A stretch of 64,000 nucleotides of DNA from Amphiscolops sp. MND2022 (Eukaryota): NCBI GenBank assembly GCA_964187785.1, contig OZ076409.1:88662001-88726000 (forward strand). Reading direction: 5' to 3'. Shown in pieces: positions 25,201 through 36,227 of the stretch; the first letter of the stretch is position 1, and each line of letters opens with the position of its first letter. Below the pieces are notes generated by a model. The model worked only from the letters and a program-made list of their open reading frames with translations, was not told the origin of the DNA and made no database searches. Made by a program: the position numbers and the translations under genes.

Positions 25201-28200
25201 TGAAGTACTAAGTACATATGATAAAAGTTGGTAAATGTGCATTAATGCACAAAAAGTGGACGTTTCGCGTTGAACTGACGGAAAAAAACTAGCCAATGTG
25301 AGAGTCGGGATTTTCTTCGAAAACGCCGACTAAAAAATGTAAAATATGTTTTTCAAAAGTAATGCTACCTAAAAGGTTTAGCATTAAACCACATGTATTT
25401 TTCAGTCATGATCTGAACTCTTAAACCTAAATCTATACAAAAGACACGGAAATTGTTTCAACAAAATTAAACTTAGCAATCCAAAAACGTCAGCACGTAT
25501 TTAAAGTATTTTGCTTCAGGTTATGGCTAACAAGTTACCCATCGCCCAAATTCCCAGTGACAGTTTTGCAGAACAGTGTCAAGATGACTAATGAGCCGCC
25601 CACTGGTTTGCGTCAGAACTTGCTCCAGTCTTTCCTGGCTGATCCTATCAGCGATCCAGAGTTCTTTGCCGGATGTCCGGAAAGACCAGAAGTAAAATTA
25701 TTCTTTCATTTTAATGCGTATTAGTCAAACAAAATACTGAAAAATTAACCAATCTAATAATTTTTAGCAATGGGAGAAGCTGTTATTCAGTTTGTGTTTC
25801 TTCCATGCCATTGTCCAAGAGCGCCGAAAGTTTGGACCTCTCGGATGGAATATCCCGTATGGCTTTAATGAGTCAGATATGCGAATTTCAGTTCGACAGC
25901 TTCAGGTTAGCTTGTTGTCTTGGGCTATTTTTCATTGAATGGTTTCAAATGTGCTTTTCCGATTCCAAAATTTTGATTGTTCGAAAGTAATACGCTGGCG
26001 TGTTTGAGATTTCTGTTCTAGTTGTTTTACTTGGTATCCCGAAAACAACGGAACGCGTAAACACTTTTTTGTATAGAAATAAAATTGTTTGTCAACAAGC
26101 AACTGAGAATGCCTTTGAAAAACTTTGTTAATCATTGTCACAATTGATTTGTTATTACGAAACCAATTTAAACAAGCCGGGAACGGCCCAAGTCGGCGCC
26201 ATATCCAAGGCTCAAAAATAGCAAAAGGACTTCAAATTTCCAAGTATTGGTGAATTGGGAACACTTTTACGAAAAAAAGAAATTTTCGAAAAAAGTCCCA
26301 CAATGCCGAAAAAACTGAAAGGGAGGACCCTTTGGTCTCGTCCGGTATTGTATGTTACGCGGGAAACCTTTTTGGTTCAGTTCCTTGGGCCACCAGGTAC
26401 ATTTTGGCGTCTTCTGTAAATTTTGTAGAACTTTTGGTAGAACTATTTTGGTCAGTTCAGGTCTATTTTGGTCTTTAAAAAACACTGACAAAAAGCCATG
26501 ACTATAGTCGACTCTTTTCTTAAGAAAAGCGCCGACTAAAAAGGTTTCAAGCATCGTGACAGCCTTTTGATTAATCATTTTGGTGAAAAATTTTAACCTG
26601 TGAAAACGATTGAGTTCGAGCAGAAGTTGTTATTTTAAATGCAATTGGCAGGTTAAAAAACGAGTTTTGGAACTGTTTTAACTAGATGGTCTTGGACAAA
26701 TTTCTGAAGTTTGACAGCTTTAAAAAATTTACGCGCTCCAATTTTTTGGGACACCTAGTAGAAGACAAACCCTAATATAGAAAGCACCTTTCTTCGATTC
26801 AAAATTTCGCAGATCTGAAATGACATTGAGAATTCAAGAAGTCTTGATTATTTTCGGGTATCAGTTTCTTTGGAAATATCCCAAAAACTATCATTTAGGT
26901 TCTTAAGTATGAATCATTCTTTCGGAATTATTAATTTTAGGTTCTTCAAACGCGATAAGCAATAAAATGATAGGAGAATGCCAACCAGAATTTTGGCACC
27001 GCTAATCAGCGATTTAGCGAATAAGCGGCCGCGCAGAATTTTTTCAGTAATTTTATTAGTGATTCCAAATTAGGTGCAAATAATAGATGTTCCAAATTCA
27101 TAATTTCCAGGGAAAATACGCGGAATTTTGAAAAATTCGAACTCTTTATCTGCAAAACTCACACAGTATAAAAAAATTCTAGTTTTTTCTGGCAAAAATT
27201 GAATTAAGTTATCGTTTATATTTCAGCCATTCTTGAATTCAAACATTTAATTGTTTTTCAGCGAAATAGCGATTTTGAAATTAGCGGTTTAGCGATTAGC
27301 GAAAAAAATAGCGATGTCAAAACTCTGGTGCAAAGCACTGATGGATGGGGGTTTAGATGTTCCTGAATGAATACGAGGATGTGCAGTGGGCAGCCATCTC
27401 GTACCTGGTGGGAGAGTGCAACTACGGGGGTAGGGTCACTGACGACAGAGACAGACGTTGTCTCAAGTCCATTCTCGACGACTACATCAACCCCGCCGTC
27501 ATAGATGACCCCAAGCACAAGTTCAGCGGTGCCGCCAACTACCCCGTGCCACCCAAGGGCGAATATGACGATTACATCAAGTTCATTCAGGTAACTAGTT
27601 CATATGATGATTTACTATAATGTCTTTTGTTCTAGAGTGGTGTAGAAAAATTTCATTACATCAACAGTTTTTGCACGTAAACTTGCAAAATTACCCTTGT
27701 GAAACACCCATCGAGAAAAATGATGAATAAGAAAGTTTCACACGAAACAATGAAAAAAAATCAAATATTTTTTCCGAAGATATGAAGATGAAAAAGACCG
27801 ATCACAATATGGAATGAAATGTTGGAGTATTACCGTTTTACATGATACGTCCCCTTTTACCCTTTAATTGCGTTTTAATTCACTTATACTGGATACACTG
27901 CCTTTTGAAATAGAAATGTATTTTTATTTTATTACTATTATAAGTAGGAAATACAGTGTTTTTTTTAAAAATCAGCTAGCTGAGCATGCATTTTTTTCTG
28001 AGAACAACTACCACCTAAGGCAAGTGAGTTCGCCGGAGTTGTCTGGCCGAGGAGAACAGTTAATTAGTTCCATGAATAATTAATTTGTGACCACTGTATT
28101 TTTCAGACTTTGTCGCAAGTGGTTGGGAAACACGACTTCGTTGCTGTTTGCTAACTGTTTTTGATATATTAGCAAAATTCAAAACTTTTTTGGTGGGTGA

Positions 28201-31200
28201 TCAATAGGAACTTCAAAAATCGGTGGAAAAAAAACAAGATTTCGGCGGCAAGATTTATTGCGAATTCGGCAGAGATTATGCAAAATTCGACAAAGTGTGA
28301 AAAAGTAGTTTTACAAATCAATTCAAAACCATGACAAATCCGAAGCCCTTAAGTGTGCTACAAAACTGAGTTGTATTGCACGAATAAGAGTTTTTCCAGT
28401 GTTGCGTCCGTCATTTTCGATCTGTCCGCCACAAAATGACTAAGATTTGAGAAGAATCTCTCAACATCAACAGACGTACATGGTGCAAATGAATAAATCT
28501 GAATTTCTTGAGGGTCATTTAGATCTATACCCTACGCTTTACAGACGACAGTTTTGAATCCCTTATTTTTTCCAAAATATAGAACAGTTTGTTCAGAGCA
28601 ATTCCGGCAGCCGGATTTCCAGTATTTGAGAGTACATTTAATTTCTCACTCAGATCCTCGATATTCTTGTCGGCATTTGCGGCTGTATATCCCTGAGTCT
28701 CGGATATGCGAATTAAGTCGGAAAGAAACCCCAATGCAGCAACATACCCCACGTCTCTCATCACTTCTGAATTGCACAATATTTCTCGACATTTCACTGC
28801 AGCAGTAGACTCCTTGAAATTTATGGTGGCCATGAATGTTTTCAAATCTTCCCAGTGTTTGCATATAAAACAACCGCATTTAACCATGTTCCCCATCTTG
28901 TAATAACAGGTGGAGGAAATTTAGGCCGATCTTTGTAGTCGAAAGATGTCCAAGTAGTTACTCGAGATGGGCAGTTTCCAAAAACCTTTTTCACATTTTT
29001 GGCAAGGCCATTGACCTCTGAAAAATGCTTCATAATTGCTGGTGGTATACCTGCTACCATATGTGTTATGCACGTCAAATGAACTAGGTTCGGAAAAAGG
29101 GCGGCCACACCTGTTGCGGCGGCTGAGTTGTAGGCGACATTGTCGGTTATGGAAAAGGCGTAACTTTTGAAAATCAAGGGTTCCAAGCGAAGACAAGCAT
29201 TACACAATCTTCAAAAGGAAGTTCTGCTGTACAACAGCTGCGTTAGGGCTAGTTGTTTGTCTTGTTATCGATAACAGATGGGGCGCGTGTGCACTGACAC
29301 CATCTAGTTTCCCAATCAATGCCGCATAGTACTTTCGGCCGCTGTTGTCGCATTCGTCAAAGATAATTTAAAAGTAGTCCCATGAATTAACAGCCTGTCT
29401 CAATTTCTCGAATTTTTGGTCATACATCTGAACGGCATAATTGTAATACAAAGAATTAACTGAAGGAATAGTTCCCTTCATATTTTCTTCCGAAAACGAT
29501 TTCAATTTTTTGTTGGATAGGGCCCAAATTGGCAATCCAGCTCCGATCCAGGCATCTGCTAGACGGATATTGAAGTCGTCTTCCACTTGCTGTCCCCTGG
29601 AGGTGGGCACAATTGTACCTTGCCTCTTCTTTTGCAGAGATATGCACTTCTGGTGTTTAGCTGCAGTGATGTGCTCGCTCACATGGTTGCTTTTCGCGAC
29701 GGTGAAAGATTTGCAACAAAGGTTGCACATAACAAGAAGTTTGCCATTCTTAACTTTCAAAATTTCTAGGCATTTTTCATCTTTGACCCTTTCTGTAACG
29801 CAGAAATTGAGGATGCTTTGGTTGCCATTGTGTGCAGACACTGGCGGAAAATGTGTCGTGTGTGTATTGTGTAAACAAACCTCTTAAAGCACAGGCACGG
29901 TCAGCCCCTGGTAAATGAGTCTGTTGTGTTTTATACAAACAAGCATCTGAAAGCGGTCACTGTATAAAGCAAATACATTTAGTAAAAATCGGCGCGAAAC
30001 TGACAAAATCGGCGGTTATTCGGCACTCGGCGGCGCCGATTTTTGAAGTTCCTAGTGATCAAGATCAAGTTACTGTATCTGGAATCGATTCGAGGGTTTC
30101 CATCATCCTAATTTTTTCATGGATGTCTTTTGTAACCGTGTAGTTGTTAAACGGTGTCTCCTTTCCAGAACTTACCGGCAACGCAGCTACCGGACATTTT
30201 CGGCATGCACGACAACGTGGACATAGCCAGAGAGCTGCAGGAGACAAAGCTGTTGTTTGACAGTGTCCTGCTCACCCAAGGACGTTCTTCGGGGGGAACC
30301 GACTCGTCTGCCGACGAGAAACTTCTAGAGACTGCCAAGACTGTTTACGATAAGGTTATAATACTTCTAATTTTTTACTATGCTGCTGACTCCACCCGGT
30401 TAATTTAATCTCGTCTTTTTTGTTCACTTCAGCCTAGAAAATCTTGTTACCATCAAGTCTCAAAGTCCAAAATGGTAACCATCTTGAGGAACCTTTAGAG
30501 TTTGTTTTGGACTACTTGTTTCAGCGGCAGAACAGCAGTGTACTTGTATTGTTTTTTTAGTGTTCGTTTCCTCTGAAGCCCCCCCCCCCCCTGATGTTTG
30601 TTAATACTTTTTTAAATTCACTATTATACCTCTCATATTTTGATGTATTTTGTTTTGCGATACTTCTAATTCCAAAACGTAAAAAAAATATGTTTTTTCG
30701 CCGATTTTTGGGCTCAAAACGGAGAAAGGGACAGTAAAAATGTTCAAATCAATCTGAGAGGTTTTGATTATGTGGCTTTTGACCGTAAAATTGTCGATTT
30801 TCTACAGGAATAATTGAACTGCTGCATCTTGGGTTAATGTAATTTTCCTCACGTAGTTCATTTTTCAGTTGCCTCCTGAGTTCAACCTGGAGGAAGCTGG
30901 GAATAAGTACCCTGTGACTTACGGAGAGAGCATGAACACAGTCCTTGTACAAGAGATGGAGAGATTCAACAAGTGAGCATCAACTAAGTTGCACTTTTGA
31001 ACTGCGAGCCTTCAATTAAGGGTCCAAAGGGGATAGATAGATTATTGCTGATGTAGTTACAACCTTAAATGGAAAATGATAGCTCTTCGGATGCACAAAC
31101 AAAGAAAATGAAGTTGCTTTGGAAACCCAAACCCCCTGGAAATCTATTTTAACCAGAAGTGAAACAACCAAGAGATCATGATTTCGTTGAGATTTTTCTC

Positions 31201-33630
31201 ATTAAGTTACGTAATTTTGCAAATTGAAGAATTTCAAAAGAAGCCCCGAGGCCCCGTTTTGGTTACGACAAAGCACATAAGAGGGTTGGAAACAAGGTCT
31301 TATACTTTGCTGATTTTTGGATAACTTAAAAACTCTGAAATTGCGATATGAAACTTCAGTGATCTGATTGGACTTTTGTAAAATAGCCAATTCAAAGCGC
31401 TACTAACGCCTTTTTTCATACATGCACTATGAGTCATGTTTCTCTACTGAAGAACGCCCTACATGCATCCACCTGTATTAATACATAGATGCATGAACGA
31501 TCAAGGTAATGTTTGATGCTTCAGCTTGACCAAAGTAATCAAGACATCGCTGGTGAACTTGCAGAAAGCGGTCAAAGGTTTAGTTGTTATGAATGCCGAT
31601 CTGGAAAAAGTGGCTGAAAGTCTGATGATCAACAAACTACCTGCCACCTGGGCCAAAAAGTCATACCCGTCTCTGAAACCCCTGGCTGGCTACATTCAGG
31701 ATCTCATCAAAAGACTGGAGTTCCTTCAAGTGAGATTATTTAATTTGCAATTGCCTTGAACACCCTGACTATTTAGTCTTGATAAGTCTGGTTTGTTGGA
31801 GAAATTTTTTAGCTGGTTCTATGAGCTGTTGTTATTGGCACCTTTCTACAACGGTTCTATAATCAGCCGGTTTCCTCACGTTCAATCTCAACTGCAACTC
31901 AAGTTTATAATTTTTTGGATCCAGACATGATTTTGAATAAAGTTCGGAAGATTTGTTAGTCTTCTGGCGAATTTGTTCCAGCTATTTTGTAAATAACGGT
32001 TTTCTTCAATACATCTGGTCTTCGAAAATTGATTCTGTTGCTTCTCTTTAGAATTGGTTTGAAGACGGCAAACCGCCCACATTTTGGCTTTCTGGATTTT
32101 TCTTCACCCAGGCTTTCTTGACGGGAACCATGCAGAACTATGCCAGAAAGTATGTCATTCCCATCGATGCGCTGACATTTACGTTCACGGTAAGTCTGCT
32201 CCATTTCTTTTATGTCCAGTCATCAAATTGGGGGAGCATGGTGTAGTGGTTAGAGCATTCGGCCTGTACTGCAGCGGTATCAGGTTCGAATCTTTCAACT
32301 CACCATTGTTGAACCTCAAGCAAATCCTTCATTCCTGGCTTAGTGGTATGGTCATGACAAAATAACGCATATGGCGGAGAAAAGCAAATACAAAAAGAGC
32401 AACGGTGAGCAGTCAGACCTTCGTGACCTTGAGCGTCACTTTGAAAACACAAATCCAAGTCCACCATTGCTTGACCATTTAATTTGGCTGCAAATATGGT
32501 GCCCTAGCTGGCTATGGGGGAAGTATCTGGAAGGGCGCCGATTTGGAAAAACAGAACTGCTTATTCAGATTCTACGGCGTGGAATTGAGGAATTTAGCTT
32601 TCTTTTTATTCTTCAAAACGATTGAGAATGATCGTAATTCTGCTTTTTCGTTTGCAGATTCTGAAAGAAGACCACATGGATCAAGCTCCCGAAGACGGTG
32701 TCTATGTGAATGGCGTCTTTTTGGATGGTTGTCGCTGGAGCAAGGAGAAGTTCGTTCATGTTTACTCATTTCACCAACTACTCTGAATAAAATTTACTTG
32801 ATTTTTTCAAAAAAAAAACGAAGAGTAAGAATGCTTTCCCTATTTCGTTGAGAATTCAGACATACTTTCTTAAAAATCGCGAACTTGAGGTTTTGAACGT
32901 GAAAATAGAATCGAGCCATGTCGAAATTTCCATTGTTGCCTTCATGCCTTTCAACCATAAAGATGCCACAAACTCTTTTTTCCAGCCCAGTTAAGAATGA
33001 TAACTTCTGGGTTCTTTTTGAGTTGCTGCTCCAGAGTCAAATTATTTAGAATCGAATAATACGAAAATTTAAATACTAAAATTGGTTGCATGACTCGGCC
33101 TTTCTTTGGGGGGCGCTTTGCGCCCTTCCAGGTCGGCCTTCGTCAAAACCTCCCGCATGTCAAATAATGGCACTGTTTAGGGCGCATTTATTGCATTTAG
33201 GTAGGTCACTATAGCTATGGTGTATTGTTTATAAAACTTTCGATCCTAGATGAAAACCGTCTTAATTCGATCTTAGAATTTTTGATCCTTCATGATTCGA
33301 CTCAGCACAGCAATCGCTTCGTTTCAATATCTTTGATGAAGTCCAAAACATGTCATTGGTTTTCGTTTCAGAGGTGTTTTGGCCGAATCTCATCCCAAAG
33401 TTCTCTTTGATGCCGTGCCAGTTATTCAAGTGACACCTTGCAAAATATCCGACGTCCAAGAGGGTCTCATCTACGAGTGTCCTTTGTACAAAACCTCGGA
33501 GAGAAAAGGAACCCTGTCGACCACGGGTCACTCCACGAATTTCGTGCTCACCATCAAACTACCCACCGACAAAGCCCCTGCCCACTGGATCAAACGGGGT
33601 GTGGCTCTTCTGTGCCAGCTGGACGATTAA
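10298..33630 (+). CDS. DNAH12: Axonemal (inner-arm) dynein heavy chain, DNAH12-like; 3' part from AAA4 through stalk, AAA5, AAA6 and C-terminus
   Basis: GT-AG exons with consistent phases: 10298-10492, 11234-11367, 12071-12233, 12459-12716, 13049-13375, 14010-14147, 14639-14778, 14863-15010, 15173-15318, 15400-15614, 16358-16507, 17123-17358, 17712-17884, [19024-19164 or 19217-19357], 20272-20433, 20540-20684, 21202-21352, 24463-24685, 25520-25691, 25768-25905, 27357-27590, 30169-30354, 30869-30972, 31525-31729, 32052-32189, 32658-32749, 33372-33630. Peptides [110 protein letters not shown]...[15 protein letters not shown]. Paralog-diagnostic stretches match my recollection of DNAH12. Confidence 0.93.
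11504..11891. mobile_element. hAT-type MITE
   Basis: TIR TAGGGGTGCACCGGA / TCCGGTGCACCTCTA; 8-bp TSD ATTTTGGC / ATTCTGGC. Confidence 0.85.
14170..14567. mobile_element. Degenerate MITE
   Basis: Imperfect TIRs CCGGAACAGTGTATTG / CAATACACTGCCCGG; no clear TSD. Confidence 0.45.
17926..18459 (+). mobile_element. HINE-like family A copy
   Basis: Family termini; near-identical to 24794-25335 in inverted orientation. Confidence 0.75.
19024..19164 (+). CDS. DNAH12: Dynein alternative exon A (variant motif [13 protein letters not shown])
   Basis: TTTGCAG| 141 nt |GTTAGT, phase 2-2, open frame, paralogous to 19217-19357. Confidence 0.75.
19217..19357 (+). CDS. DNAH12: Dynein alternative exon B (canonical motif [13 protein letters not shown])
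   Basis: TTTTCAG| 141 nt |GTGAGT, phase 2-2, canonical dynein sequence. Confidence 0.92.
19583..19876 (+). mobile_element. HINE-like family B copy carrying a tRNA-like segment (tRNA-like part on the minus strand)
   Basis: Subterminal inverted repeats CACATGACGAAG / CTTCGTCATGTG and 3' hairpin GCGAAGC-acc-GCTTCGC. Second copy inverted at 42684-42978. Confidence 0.65.
21064..21163. mobile_element. 100-bp hAT-type MITE related to 11504-11891
   Basis: TIR TAGAGGTGTACAGGA / TCCGGTGCGCCCCTA; perfect 8-bp TSD GTTATATT. Confidence 0.88.
21400..21555. repeat. Imperfect palindromic (hairpin) MITE-like repeat
   Basis: TTCAGGGATGATTCAAAACTGGCTTAA pairs with TTAAGCAAGTTTCGAATCGTTCCTGAA. Confidence 0.55.
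22025..23367 (+). mobile_element. Internally deleted hAT-superfamily transposon (hAT5-like, 5-bp TSD) with transposase remnants
   Basis: TIR CAGGGCTCAGATTC / GAATCTGAACCCTG; TSD ATGTC on both sides. Fragments [19 protein letters not shown] and [12 protein letters not shown]. Confidence 0.75.
23370..23675 (+). mobile_element. SINE-like body/tail fragment homologous to 32230-32590
   Basis: Shared GACCTTGAGC..TCACTTT..CAAGTCCACCATTG..TTGACCATTT..GGCTGCAAATATGGT..CAGAACTGCTTATTC. Confidence 0.6.
23723..24298. mobile_element. piggyBac-type MITE
   Basis: TTAA-CCTTAACTTGGCCA ... TGGCCAACTTAAGG-TTAA, i.e. a TTAA TSD with CCY termini. Confidence 0.8.
24794..25335 (-). mobile_element. HINE-like family A copy
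   Basis: Reverse complement of 17926-18459; both give the spurious peptide [18 protein letters not shown] in the ORF track. Confidence 0.75.
26171..26542 (-). mobile_element. HINE-like family A copy
   Basis: AACAAGCCGGGAACGGCCCAAGTCGGCGCC ... GCGCCGACTAAAAA termini. Confidence 0.7.
26986..27327. mobile_element. Degenerate hAT-like MITE
   Basis: TIR CAGAATTTTGGCACCGCTA / TAGCGATGTCAAAACTCTG; TSD degraded. Confidence 0.6.
28205..30054 (-). mobile_element. hAT transposon with a decayed CGGBP1-like transposase
   Basis: TIR TAGGAACTTCAAAAATCGG; perfect 8-bp TSD GTGATCAA. Frameshifted ORFs carry a zinc finger CNLC...H....[27 protein letters not shown] and [10 protein letters not shown]. Confidence 0.88.
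32230..32590 (+). mobile_element. tRNA-derived SINE-like element
   Basis: Head with A box TGGTGTAGTGG and B box GGTTCGAATC; no intact cloverleaf; body shared with 23370-23675. Confidence 0.65.
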
Positions 33631-34467
33631 TGGAAGTCCTTGAAAAAAAGATAAAAAACATTGCCACACACTTTGCTTGAAGAAGTCTAATTTTGATTAT
33701 AGAGAGAAGGCTAAAATTGTAAATGATAATATTCATAATATAATTCATTTTGTGACATTGTATAAATGTACAGTTGAAAAACTAAATGAAAAATTCAAAC
33801 ATTGCTATGAACTTCGAGAATAGTTTCCTTTTTTTACCACGAATTGGACGAACATTTTTCAAAGCGGAACATTGAAAGTTTTTAGACCTCCAGTGAAGTA
33901 CTTGAAATACGCAAGCATTTTTTTTTGAAATTTCTCTACACGTTGAAAATTGAAGCGTTTCTTTATACCTCAAACAAGCTATACCTCAAAAACGGAGATT
34001 TCATTTGACCTGTTAGAACGGAATTTATATTCTTCATGGGGCGAAAGGCTCTTAACGAGTTGAACTTGAGGCGCGGCAACTTTTGGAGGTTGCTGCTCGT
34101 ATAACAGATCGAGCTTTAAGAAGAACGGATAAAAAGACGATCTCAAATCTGATTGGACGGCGAAATAAGCACTTGACCACCTTTACTTTCAATTAATCTG
34201 ACAGGTTGTAAAGCTATATAAAAGTCATCATTGAAAACTCACTGTCGACCAGTCACAATTAAAAATTCGATTCTGCTATAAATTAATTATGCATTATTAC
34301 CGTTCCATTAGACAACCTACCATTACTTTTGGGCATTCATTGGTGTTTAGTGATTTCAATGGTAGCCTAATTTAAATTCCTGGTTGCATCCTTTTTGATT
34401 ACCTGCAACAGCTGATTTTTGAACCTGAATAACAATTTTTCTGCAGTATCACACTTTTACAACTTCA

Positions 34468-34585
34468 GGCTACTCGCCAAAAATTTCCGGAATGAAATTT
34501 GAATTGAAATCTATCACGGCAAAGTCAAGGCTACTCGCCAAAAATTTCCGGAATGAAATTTCAATTGAAATCTATCACGGCAAAA
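34468..34585. repeat. Tandem duplication of about 61 bp
   Basis: AGGCTACTCGCCAAAAATTTCCGGAATGAAATTT..AATTGAAATCTATCACGGCAAA twice. Confidence 0.85.
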
Positions 34586-35157
34586 TCATTCGAATTGAAA
34601 TGTAATCCAAAATTTAAGCTGAAATCTCAGGAAAAAATGAAATCAAACGATTGGTTGTATGACGGTTTTCCTGCTCCCAGGGCATTTCACAACCCTCCAG
34701 GTGGGCCTTCGTTGAAACCATTAGTTGTATCAGTAATACCACGACGCTTGGATTCGAACCTGCTTGTAAGGCGCTTTCCAGCGTAGGCAATAACGATTTC
34801 ATACTTTAGATCTTACATTAAAGTTTCGATTCGATACCAAATTTCGTTCACATAATCCTTAACGACGCAAGATGTTCATTAAACATTTCCAACACTGCTT
34901 TACCGTTTCTTCAATTGCTGCTTTCTTCAGCCGGAAAATATTGTCAGGGATTTGATTTATCAGAATTTTGACAACAACTGCTTTGCATATCCCAAAATCC
35001 CGTGTCACTTATACTTCGTATTTCAAGCAGCAAAAATTTATTGACTGGAAATTTATTGTGACATGTGGATGCATTGTAATCTATTATAGCGGTTTTGCTA
35101 ACTTCGGCAATGACGTTTGTTTGAGAAGCTTACTAATAATTTAAAGATTCACCTTGG

Positions 35158-35249
35158 AATGACTTTCAAAATATGATTTCCAAAAATCTTTTTGGGAAAC
35201 ATGAATGACTTTCAAAATATGATTTCGAAAAATCTTTTTGGGAAACATA
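35158..35249. repeat. Tandem duplication of about 46 bp
   Basis: AATGACTTTCAAAATATGATTTC.AAAAATCTTTTTGGGAAACAT twice. Confidence 0.85.
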
Positions 35250-35480
35250 GCTCCTGCTTTCTATTTCAACCTTCTCCGCGGGTTCCGCTCGCGTTAGTTT
35301 ATGAATCGTTCGTTAGTTCCCACACGAATGGTCAACTGAGTCCTTCCGTGGGTCACCGTAGAGGACTCAGACTTTACCTACTAATTAGTCTGCATTTATA
35401 TCATTATCATTATATTGTTTGATGTTCTTTTATTAAGTACCTGCCTATTGTATGCAGATGATGAACCATCATAAAGTTAA

Positions 35481-36101
35481 ACAAGCCGGGACCGGCCCAA
35501 GTCGGCGCTATATCCAAGGCTCAAAAATGACAAAAGGAATTCCAAGTGTCAATTTACAGTACCTCGAGTGACTCGAAAATCGAAAAAGCAAAAAATATGA
35601 ACCGAGTGGCGCGCCGGGGCCCGCTAGCGCGAGCCCCTGGCGCTCTAAATGTGGGACACTTCCGAAATTGTCAACATTTTTGTCGCAGTTGAAGGGGAGC
35701 CCTTTGGAGAAAAAACAAATTTTCGAAAAAAAAGTCTCACAATGCCGAAAAACTGAAAGATGGGTCCCCTTTGGGTCCCCTTTGGGATTTTCCAACATCC
35801 ATTCTGTCGCAAAACAGCAAAAAATTGAAGGGGGACCCTTTGGGGAAAAATTTTTTTCCGAAAAAAAAGTCTCGCAGTGCCGAAAAAATTGAAAGGGGGG
35901 ACCCTTTTGTCTCGCCCGGTATGGTATGTTACGCGGGAAAACAGGAAAAACTTTTTTGGTTCAGTTCGCAAGGCCAAATAGTGCTTTTTGGTGCAATAAT
36001 ATTTTGTAGAACTTTTAAGAACTATTTTGGTCAGTTCGTGTGGATAGAAAAAAAAGAGTCACTATATTAGTCGCGTTTCACTTCATGAAGCGCCGACTAA
36101 A
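35481..36101 (-). mobile_element. HINE-like family A copy inserted in the 5' LTR
   Basis: Absent from the 3' LTR. Inserted in an A-run with no clear TSD. Confidence 0.85.
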
Positions 36102-36227
36102 AAACGAGATAGAATAAATTTTGAATTGCTAATACTATTCATGATCATAGAAGCAAGTTACAACATGGCGCAGTCAGCTTAGAACTGAAGCTAAACACTA
36201 CAACTACAAAACATCCAGAAAAAAAAT

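Noticed and set aside
32230..32305. Functional tRNA gene
   Set aside because: A/B boxes are present but there is no consistent cloverleaf; it continues into a repeat body, so it is treated as a SINE head.
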